Part shown: one piece after another, positions 52,521-62,000 of the stretch
Position numbering within the stretch: the stretch's first letter is position 1
Layout: each line of letters opens with the position of its first letter
Source of the DNA: Chiloscyllium plagiosum
Taxonomy: Eukaryota
Length of the DNA: 62,000 nt
Assembly: GCF_004010195.1 (NCBI RefSeq)
Contig: NC_057718.1
Location: forward strand, 35,606,235 to 35,668,234
Direction of reading: 5' to 3'
Translations under genes and position numbers: made by a program
The notes under the pieces: generated by a model
Told to the model about the DNA's origin: nothing
Seen by the model: only the letters and a program-made list of their open reading frames with translations
Database searches by the model: none

Positions 52521-52916
52521 GTATTTTTGTCATGTTCATCAGTTTCAAAGGTCTCTGTTGTCAATTCAACTTTACAAAAATCTGGCTCATACACTTGATG
52601 AGCATTGAACTGCCATTTCCTAGACTGCAAGGAGAACAGAAAGGCATAAAAGGGTTTGAAGTTGTCATTGAGTTATTAAAAACATGTGCCTTTAAAGGAA
52701 CATTATTTATCATTATTCTGCTGACTCCCTTTTGTCAAACATTATTTTTCACCGGAGGTAAGCCAAAAGCTATTCAGAAACTCAGCTCATTTTTATTGAT
52801 TTGAGTCACTGGTATGTAGTTAAGACTGAGCAAAGAAAATTCTTCCTCAGATGCTTATGTTGTAATGCTGTGGGGTTAGTCACTTGCTTTATCTTTGGAT
52901 ACTGAAAATAATTTAA

Positions 52917-53220
52917 GGTGGCTCAGTAGTTAGCACTGCTGCCTCACAGTGCCAGGGACCCTTGGGCGACTGTCTGTGTGGAGTCTGCACATTCTCCCCG
53001 TATCTGCGTGGGTTTCCTCTGGGTGCTCCGGTTTCCTCCCACAATCCAAAGATGTGTAGGTTAGGTGAATTGGCCATGCTAAATTGCCCATATTATTAGG
53101 TGCATTAGTCAGGGGTAAATACAGGGGAAGGAAAAGGGTGTGGGTGGTTTACTCTTCAGAAGGTTGGTGTTGGACTTGTTGGGCCAAAGGGCCTGTTTCC
53201 ATACTGTAGAGAATCTAATC
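52917..53220 (+). mobile_element. HE1-type SINE with B-box deleted and a 9-bp TSD
   Basis: HE1 head, core and tail. ataatttaa at 52908-52916 and 53221-53229. Confidence 0.9.
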
Positions 53221-53736
53221 ATAATTTAATTACTTGAATCTAAAAATGAGGACTACACAAATTTAGCAATATTCTTCATTCTACATCATAGCATCACTAT
53301 GCACTCACTGAGCAACCTAAAACAAACTTTATTTATTATCCGTACAGGAAATATTTCTCAACATTGAGACAGCTTCATTGTCAATTGAAACAAAAACTCA
53401 ATATGTGGCCTAATCTCACGGAATATCATTTTCTAAATCAGTTTTATAGTTCTTTGTGAAAAAAAATGCTATGAAGAAATATAAAAAATACTAATAAAAA
53501 GGAAACAAAATCAGGATAAATGGGTCATTTTCAGGTTGACAAACTATAACTTGTGGAGTGTTATAGTGATCAAAGCTGAGCCACAATGAAGGAGTTGAGT
53601 ATATGGTAGTTACATTTGCTGAGATATTTGTATGAGATGGCACACTTAGGAAGGAAGAATAGAAAAGCTAAATTATTTAAATGGAGAGACTGCAGAAATC
53701 CATGGTACAGAAGGAGCCAGGTGTCATATTGCATGT

Positions 53737-54045
53737 CACGGTGGCTCAGTGGTTAGCACTGCTGCCTCACAGCAAAAGGGTCCCAGGTTCGATTCCAGCT
53801 TCGGGTGACTGTCTGTGTGGAGTTTGCACATTCTCCCTGTGTCTGCATGGGTTTCCTCCGGGTGCTCCGGTTTCCTCCCACAGTCCAAAGATGGGCAGGT
53901 CAGTTGAATTGGCCATGCTAAATTGCCCAAAGTGTTAGGTGCATTAGTCAGAGGGAAATGGTTCTGGGTGGTTACTCTTCGGAGGGTCGGTGTGGACTTG
54001 TTGGGCCGGAGGGCCTGTTTCCACACTGTAGGAAATCTAATCTAA
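53737..54045 (+). mobile_element. HE1-type SINE, adjoining a decayed CR1 fragment (~53500-53735)
   Basis: HE1 head, core and tail. Confidence 0.92.
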
Positions 54046-54513
54046 ACAATAATAATGCCAGGTTAAACAGTAAAATTGCATTAATCAAAAACTCTTCAAT
54101 TATTTAAGGATGATTAATTGCATCATTTAAAGTAATTCTGTCTTTCTTACATCAAATTGAATTTACTATAACAATCTAATTGATGTTCACCAGCCTCTTG
54201 AGAAAAATTAATCCTACGTATTTACATATATATCAAGATTATAAAACAATTCATAATTTCCCACCTGAGTCATACTATTTGAATACTGGATACAAAAGAT
54301 AATACACAACTAATGCTCATTCAAAAGGAAAATTAAAATTGTTTAGCTATCAGACAGAAAAACAACTAAGCATGCAAATTACAAATAAATCAGCTTTTCA
54401 AGCACAAAAATGTAATTGGCAAAATTGACCAGCTATTTGATCACTCTAAATTTGAATCATATCTTGTTACAAAATCATATTTCAAAACTTTCTATGCTTA
54501 ATAGAGAAATTAC

Positions 54514-54548
54514 TTTTTGGCTATGTTTGCCAAATGCAAAAGAGGCCT
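54514..54548 (-). CDS. Candidate 35-nt exon: RPLLHLANIAK(K)
   Basis: Strong acceptor ttttttctgcttttttgcctctttag, donor AAA|gtaatt, frame-compatible with neighbouring candidates. Confidence 0.3.
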
Positions 54549-54974
54549 CTAAAGAGGCAAAAAAGCAGAAAAAACTTAAAATCTGCAGCTTCTGACTGTG
54601 ACAATAGTTCTTTGTGATATGTGGTGAGTTAGTTAATTGGAAGCACTGCTCAGAGACAATAAAAGCAAAATTAATGAATTTGATCACACTGAGATAGAAA
54701 TCTTATGCAGCTTAAATAACTCAAATTAATAAATCTCTAAGAATAGATACATCTCTAAGAATAGACTGTTAATATTCCAGAGTGTAGAGAGAGACCAGGC
54801 AGGGATTTGGAAGGCTCTGACTATCATTCTGACAGAATCACTAACACAATATACTGGAAACACATCTGCTGTTACACCACACTGGAGTAGAATGTTGGAA
54901 ATCAAGCCCGCTTCACCCAAAGTCATCACAAAAATTAACAAATTTATAAAAGTACTCAATATTTCCTAAATTAC

Positions 54975-54987
54975 CTGTCTTTTAGAC
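54975..54987 (-). CDS. Candidate 13-nt microexon: (R)SKRQ
   Basis: ctttctgtcaatgtag|GTCTAAAAGACAG|gtaatt; stays open when joined to the phase-2 end of the 55347 exon. Confidence 0.25.
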
Positions 54988-55346
54988 CTACATTGACAGA
55001 AAGCCTGGACCAGGTTTTGGTAATTAACAAGGATTACTATTTATTACAAGTAAGTAGATTCCAGTTACAGGCAAACAATTATGAACTGTCAGCATTCATT
55101 AAGACTGCATACCTGCATTATTCTGATGCATTCTGTATTCCATAGTTCATTAGATATTTGAATAAAAGCACCTATGAAAAGCTAGTATACATACCAAACC
55201 TACAAAATTGTGATAATTAAATCTTTTGCCTTATAAAAATGTCTTAATCAGGAGAACATGTGAAATTTCTTGATTTTCAAGTAAATGTGATATAGAATTT
55301 TTGCATTTACAAAATTGAAGTTCTACTTGCTAATCAGAAATCCCAC

Positions 55347-55501
55347 CTTGTTTCTTCGGTTGCCACAAAAAATTCATCATCAGGGTCAATGATCCAGTTT
55401 GGCCGTTGTCTCTTGATTATGGGAACGGTCCCTGGCTGGATGGCTTTGATACCTGTTGACAGTCCTTTTCCATTAGGCAAGTATGAGAAATAGTCAATGC
55501 A
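55347..55501 (-). CDS. Probable coding exon, 155 nt, phase 0-2: CIDYFSYLPNGKGLSTGIKAIQPGTVPIIKRQRPNWIIDPDDEFFVATEET(R)
   Basis: Acceptor tttattctctgtttcag, donor AAG|gtggga, only one open frame, locally raised GC in AT-rich unique sequence. Product not recognised. Confidence 0.65.
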
Positions 55502-55554
55502 CTGAAACAGAGAATAAACCAAACTAAATTTGTTGATTTGCTATTGTTCACTTT

Positions 55555-55897
55555 TAGAGTCATTGAGATACAGCATGGATACAGACCATTCGGCCCAATT
55601 CATCCATGCCAGCCAGATATCCTAAATAAGTTCAGTTCCATTTGCCAGTTTTGGGCCCATATCTCTCTAAACCCTTCCTATACATATGAAAGGCATCTGG
55701 ATGTATATATTTTGTAATTGTGCCAGGCTCGACCACTTCCTCTGGCAGCTCATTCTATACACTCGTCACCCTCTGCATGATAAAGTTGCCCCTTAGGTCC
55801 CTTTTAAATCCTTCCCCTCTAACCCTAAACCTACACCCTCTAGTTTTGGACTCCGCTCCCCTGAGGAAAAGACCTTGTCTATTTACCCTATCCATTA
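55555..55897 (-). mobile_element. CR1/HER1-like LINE 3' end
   Basis: HER1-type tail and RGCRFRVRGEGFKRDLRG-like coding remnant. Confidence 0.82.
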
Positions 55898-56426
55898 CCC
55901 CCAGGGTTGATTAACGTGGACAATGAATATTTGATTTCCATTATCTGATTTCGATATCTGAACATTTCATGGACTGGAATGACATCAAAAAATGAAAAAA
56001 AATACTTAAAGATGGTCATAGTAAAGAGCTGACCACAAGTTGAATCAAACTTCACAAAACCATCGATAAACAAGAACCAGTGTGAACTGAAATTAATTTG
56101 TTTTTAAAATCAGAACAGACTGAAACCAGGCAGGTGTGAATAAAGTTGCGACTGCCATTTAATTCATATTTTTATTAGAAGATCAAAATTTGGAGATCAA
56201 CACGCCTACAATTATCCAAATTTGGGGACAATGAACCTCGACATAGACAATAGGAATGCATAGTCTTGCAAGGAATTGTTGTGACAGAAGACGAGATGTA
56301 TTAGTCATAGAGTCTTGGAAGTCTACAGCACAGAAAAAGGGCCATCGAGCCTGAGCTGGTCAAAACAAGTGCCTAGGTATTCTAAGCCATTTTCTTAGTA
56401 TGTGGGCTAATGGCACTGTTTGTATT

Positions 56427-57048
56427 TGTGATGATACTATAGCTTTACGAGGTGTATTTTGTCCTTTTTTTAAACAGTAAGAAAGGTTGAGACAGAGGTG
56501 TGGAGCAGTCTACTTCAAAGCCAACAGAGTAAACAGCTTGTCAGATCTTGGGTTTGTTTTAAACAAGTTGGAACAACAGAAGCAACCTGAATGAGTGGGA
56601 TCAAGCTCCCATAAAACCAGGATTTTTAGTTTTAACTTTCTGCAGTTGCTGGAGTATTGAAGCTGGATGTGGAAGCTCTTACTCTTCTCCCTGTTACAGC
56701 GAAAAGCTGCGGTTCACTTCCTGCTGCTAGAATTGCATGTGAGACAATCTATTTACTGAATTTGTCTTTTGGCAAAGGTGTGTTTATGGGATTTTACTAT
56801 ATTGGAAGAGTTAATGAGTAGTAGTTAATAGTCTGTTAAGTATTTTGATAGAGTTACAGGGAAGCCAATTCTTTTATTTTTATTTTGTCTGTATTTTAAT
56901 TATTGTGTACGAATAAAGTGCATTTTGTTTCAAGTCTGGTACTTTGACCAATCAAATTGCATCCAGAATGCATCACCTTACACTTACCTTTAAAATCTGG
57001 ACTATCTTCTAAAAATATTTTCCAGGGGGTTTGGTCTGGTCCATAACA
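56427..57048 (+). mobile_element. Solo LTR, ~620 bp
   Basis: TGTGATG...CATAACA imperfect terminal inverted ends, AATAAA at ~56912, homologous to 46076-47150. Confidence 0.78.
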
Positions 57049-57066
57049 CCTTGGTACATAAGTGTA

Positions 57067-57520
57067 CACATGAACCTCGATTATCCAAATGAGATGGGCA
57101 GGCATTATTTCATTCAGATAATTGATTCATCGGTTAATTGATTTCCTCTGGGGCTCGGAGTTTTCTGTGAAGTCTGCTCCCCGTTCAAGAGACTAGGCAG
57201 CAGCATACGGTGGAGAGACCCCGCTCACCCCCTATCTGCCCCCCACCCCCTTCCTAATGCCTGCCCAGACCCACCCCACACCCACACCTACCCTATCCAC
57301 TCCCACCCCACCTCCTAACCCCATCCAACACTGCCCCCCCCGCCAACCCCGTCCGTGCTCCTGCCCCGCCCCAGTATTTCAGTGAGCCGAGTTTTTTTTT
57401 ATCATTATACCTGTAAACAAAAGACGCAATCGGGGTGAAACAGCTCTGACGTAATGTTTCTATCGGGACCTTGAGATCCCCTTTGGATAACCCGAAATTC
57501 GGATAATTGAGGTTCCTCTC
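57067..57520. mobile_element. Tc1/mariner-superfamily (Tigger/pogo-like) MITE
   Basis: TIRs cacatgaacctcgattatccaaat and attcggataattgaggttcctctc, flanked by TA at 57065-66 and 57521-22. C-rich interior. Confidence 0.82.
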
Positions 57521-59485
57521 TACATCTACCTACCTTTTAAAATGCTGTGAGGACTTCTGCCTCTACTACCCTTATAAACAGCAATTTCCAGACTTCCAAC
57601 ACCTCAGGGTCAAATAAAAATTCCTCACACACTCTCCAAACCTCCTGCCCCATACCTTAAATCATTGTCCCCAATAATTGATTCCTCCACCAAGAGGAAA
57701 TGTTCCTTCTGGTCTATCTTACCTATGTTCCTCAATTTTTTATATCTCAATTAAATCTTCACTCAGGATCATCTGCTGGAAGGAAAACAACCCCATTCTA
57801 TCCAATCTCTCTTTGGAATAGAACTATCCAGCCCAAGCAAAATCCTGGTAAAATCCTGGTAAATCTCCTCTGCACCCTATCTAATGCAATCACATCCCTT
57901 CTACAATGTGATTTCCAGAACTGCACACAATACACTAGATGTGGCCTAACCAACATTTAATACAATTCCAGATTATCATCCCTGCACTGAAAATCTAAAC
58001 TTCAGCTAAAAAAGACAAGCATCCCATTTGCCTTCTTAACCACTTTATCTACTCATCCTATCACCTTGATGGACTGGTGGACATGCACACCTAGGTCCCT
58101 CTGATGCTTGGAGTTTTCCAGGGTCCCACCATTCATCATATATTCCCTTGCCTTGTTTATCCTGCCCAAGTGTATGACCACACACTTATCTGCATTGAAT
58201 TCCATTTACCCCTGATTAGTCCAACTATATCCTCCTGCAATCTAGGGCTATCCTCCCCACTATTTACCACCCCATCAATTTTCATACCATCCATGACCTT
58301 ACTGATCAACCCTCCCACATTTAAGTCTAAACCATTCATATATATAACAAACAGCAAAGGCCCCAACACTGATCCTGCACAACCCCACTGGACAACAGCT
58401 ACCAGCCACAAAAAGACTCTCTACCATCACCCTCTACTTCATGCCACTCTGCCAATTACGGATTCAATTAGCGAAATTTCCTTGGATCCTATGGACCTCT
58501 TACATTCATCATTTGTGACTGGAGTTGGAGAAAAATCTCTCTCTCACATACTCTGCTTTATCAAGAAAAATAAAAGCACTCTAAAGGAGAACTCAGAAGA
58601 TATTTACAATACGCAAGACTGCCGTAGTTCTAGGAACCAATTCTGGTCTCCGGTTAATACCAGAAGAACACACTGAAGCCTTTAAACATTATATTCTTTT
58701 AGCTTCTTTTTTTATTGGACACTATTCCCTTTTAAACTTTGTACCCGTGCTTATGTGTTTGATCTTGCATCTTTGTTGTTTTCCTCAAGGTTTATGAAAT
58801 GAGATGTAGCTTTATGCTAAAAGAGATAAAAAAATACACCTAAGGAGGTTGACAAAAAAAATTCCTGTGGATTACATTTCCTTGAGATAATCAACTGGAG
58901 AAATGTAAGTTCTAAATTTTCTCTGATATCTTTTGAAACTTAACAAGGAACAAAGCATGCTGTAAAACAGTTGCATTCTTAAGCTTATTAAGGTAGAACT
59001 TGAAAAGACTTCATCTATCTAAGAGTATCCCACAGGTTACATTAAAAACATTCTATGATAGGAATTGTGATACATCTGCTAAGTTTATGGGAACTTAGAA
59101 CAGACCTAAAAGTCCAAATCATGAGTGCAATGTAATGCACTGGATATGTAACTGATGTGCAAGCTCTGTCAAATTGTTCCAAGCATTTGTTAGGCTCTCT
59201 CAATGGTCGTCTGTTGCAATTTTTTTATTATCAGGTCCCTGCTTCTGAATCAGAGCCCTTTCCTCAAACTGCGGCCCCTTTGTGCCTCAAATGTAACTTC
59301 CTGTATTCATCCAGCACATGGTAGAAACATGTGGGAGGAGCTTTTAGAAGCCACAATTATAGAAATTCTCACCCAAATAAAGTAAAAATCTTCAACAGTC
59401 ACACCGGGCTATGTGAGTTGGCTCAATATTTTTGGCGCTTTCGATGTGGTCGGCTGTTAAGTAAATTGGGAGAGAGACTTTGTGA

Positions 59486-59505
59486 GGGGGGGGGGGGGGG
59501 GGGGG
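59486..59505 (+). repeat. G20 homopolymer
   Basis: 20 consecutive G. Confidence 0.95.
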
Positions 59506-60302
59506 CGGGTGCAACAATTGTTCTCCAAACGTTGTTGATCATAATGATCATAATTCTTAAACATGGTGTGCTGCTGGTCTTCCCACTCAAGCTTGAAAAT
59601 GATGACATGCAGGAAAAACAAAAGCAATTGGGAAAACAGCAAAAATCCAAAGAGAAAAAGAGGGATGGACACGGGATGGACAGGGGTATTAGGAAACTGA
59701 TCATCACACTTGGATTTAAGAGTGAATTTACCAGTAACCGTAGAATTATAAATTTTATTCAATGTTTTTCTTAATCACGTAAATTCCGCATGCTATTTTT
59801 AGAGCGGAAACAGACAGGATCGTGCATCAAACCAATGCATGACATTTGAATGACTTGATAGATACTTGTAGGTGTTAATTGTATATTGATTGACAATTTA
59901 ATTACATTCAGATTGAACGTTATTAATTTGGGATTCACTTGTGCTTCTATATATTGGAGTAGACAGAAACTATAGATGTTGGGCTTTGGGGTGATGTTTG
60001 TCAGTCTATATTTTCAAGGTTCCACCTGACCTTCACTGTCTGGCTATCTGAATTTGGAGAATAGGAACAAGCTCAGTACTTACTGATTTACTGATACCTT
60101 ACTGATGCTTGTTAATTCCTGTTGTTACTAATGGACTGTATCTTATTGTTTCTGATTTGTTCATTTACTTAATTAGATATTTAACTGCTAACATTTCAAC
60201 CAATTCAACATTTTCAAAATACAAAATGGCCATGCTTAAAATTAGATAAACTTAATTTACTCAAAATATATCTAATGACAGTAAAAACACCAGAAGCTAT
60301 AT

Positions 60303-61030
60303 TAGAACAAAGAACAAAGAGAACAAAGAAAATTTACAGCCCAGGAACAGGCCCTTCGGTCCTCCAAGTCTGAGCCGATCCAAATCTACTGTCTCAACCA
60401 ATCGCCCAATTCACAAGCATCTGTATCCCTCTGCTCCCTACCTACTCATGCATCTGTCCAGATGCATCTTAAATGAGTCTACCATGCCTGCCTCTACCAC
60501 CTCTACTGGCAACGCGTTCCAGACACCCACTACCCTCTGTGTAAAGTACTTGCCACATGTATCCCCCTTAAATGTTTCACCTCTCACCTTGAAAGTGTGA
60601 CCTCTCGTTATTGAATCCTTCACCCTGGGAAAAAGCTTATCTCTATCTACCCTGTCCATACCTTTCATGATTTTGTAGACCTCAATCAGGTCCCCCCTCA
60701 ATCTCTTTTTTTTCTAATGAAAACAAACCTAACCTACTCAACCTCTCTTCATAACTAGCACCTTCCATACCAGGCAACATCCTCGTAAACCTACTCTGCA
60801 CCCTCTCCAAAGCGTCCACATCCTTTTGGTAATGTGGCGACCAGAACTGTACACAGTATTATAAATGCAGCTGAACCTACGCGTGTACGATTTTAACATG
60901 ACCAGTCAGCTCTTATACTCAATACCCCGTCCGATGAAGGCAAGTGTACCATATGCCTTCTTGACCACTCTATCCACCTATGCAGCAACCTTCAGGGTAC
61001 AATGGACCTGAACTCCCACATCTCTTTGCT
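60303..61030 (-). mobile_element. Relatively young 5'-truncated CR1/HER1-like LINE
   Basis: RGDLIEVYKIMKGMDRVDRDKLFP...TRGHTFKVRG...FTQRVVGVWNALP. (agaacaaag)n microsatellite tail at 60304-60330. Confidence 0.92.
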
Positions 61031-61261
61031 AGGATTTGATGCTTGCTCCAAATCAAAGGAAGAAAATAGGATACCACTGGAAAGGTGTTTATCCTATGAA
61101 TCCACAAATGCTTCTCAGCTAAAAGTGTCTGTCAGGATCTACTCTGGTTGCTTAACTTGTAAACTACACATTTTTGATGCATTGAACAAAATTAAATAAG
61201 TCGGAAGAGCCAGGGACTTAAATGTGCAGTCTGTGGTAAATATTCAACAAAATTCACTTAC

Positions 61262-61287
61262 CATTCTTTGTGTGTGACTTGTAACAT
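61262..61287 (-). CDS. Candidate 26-nt exon; if joined directly to 55501 it reads (D)VTSHTQRM
   Basis: Branch-like gctaat, acceptor tttttcag, consensus donor ATG|gtaagt. Confidence 0.45.
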
Positions 61288-62000
61288 CTGAAAAATTTGA
61301 TTAGCAGTTAAAGGAAGTTATAATCACGTCACTTGACAATACTCTATAGTCTGTCACTCATACGAGATTGACTAAAATATAATTATAGCAAAAATTTATT
61401 CAAGGTTAATTGAATAATTACAAATCAAGAAAACCAAAAAGCAAATGGAAAGCAAAATGCTGATCGACTCTGGTATACCACATAGAAACATAATGCATTT
61501 AAATGAATGGATGATCAAATATTGAAGTATTACTTTTAAATTCATTTTAAAATAAATCAACATACTCTAATTTTTTTTGCATAAATATGTGCAGGTTACA
61601 AATAGGAACAAACATACAGAAGTCATTTTCTTTCAATCAACTGTGAACTGCTACCATTATCTACAATACGAAATGAAGTTCAGACCCATTTGTGAGCACA
61701 AGTAATTAACAATAATGTATGTGCCAACTGGAGAATTTAAATCCTCTTAATTCTAATGTTATCAAAATTCGAAGAAAATAAATCTTGAATTGCTGGATTC
61801 AATCTACATTTAAGTTGATTAATTCCAAGGACTGGGATTACTTTTATACTATTTTAGAATTCAATCAATATTATATTTAAACCAAAGTGCAATACCCAAT
61901 TACCAATGAATGTAAAATAGAAGTTTGAAGTGATCAGAAGGCAGCTCTTTCATGACGAAATTCAGATAACTGAGACTACTTGGATGAAACTTCAATAGTT

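Larger units (their letters stand above)
56305..58500 (-). mobile_element. CR1/HER1-like LINE (RT to 3' end) hosting a solo LTR and a MITE
   Basis: GSVLGPLLFVIYMNGLD...ISKVMDGMKI (ORF 58157..58411). Colinear with 1695-2620. Confidence 0.85.

Noticed and set aside
54975..55360. RSKR furin site implying a secreted proprotein
   Set aside because: Depends on an unverified 13-nt microexon.
58104..58676. 190-aa ORF, the longest in the track
   Set aside because: Antisense to a decayed CR1 RT.
59331..59774. 147-aa plus-strand ORF with poly-Gly and a Lys-rich tract
   Set aside because: Explained by low-complexity DNA (G20, purine runs); several frames on both strands are open.
1..62000. CRISPR array, operon or prokaryotic defence system
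   Set aside because: No regularly spaced repeats and no dense ORFs; the sequence is eukaryotic and repeat-rich.

Overview
AT-rich, repeat-dense vertebrate genomic DNA, almost certainly from a shark or ray: it carries six HE1-type tRNA-derived SINEs and many CR1/HER1-like LINE fragments (the taxon is inferred from these repeats). There is no intact protein-coding ORF, rRNA, true tRNA gene or CRISPR array. Roughly half the window is decayed retroelement: CR1-like LINEs, a second CR1-group LINE family, an L1-clade element that has lost its endonuclease, Rex1/Babar, L2-like ends, Gypsy internal remnants and solo LTRs, DeuSINE-like SINEs, a Tigger/pogo-like MITE and about ten Penelope-like element (PLE) fragments. 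The most striking structure is that PLE termini carry hammerhead-ribozyme cores (at least 11 recognisable). Several form fold-back insertions with long inverted arms, and three have 12-14 bp target-site duplications. Short segments with good splice signals on the minus strand (61262-61287, 55347-55501, 21639-21719, 5698-5793, plus a frame-compatible chain of candidate microexons) suggest the window lies inside a large multi-exon gene that I cannot identify. Two structures match no repeat family seen here: a ~135-bp inverted repeat at 25313-25949 and a perfect 107-bp direct duplication (23067/24480). Boundaries of decayed repeats are approximate.
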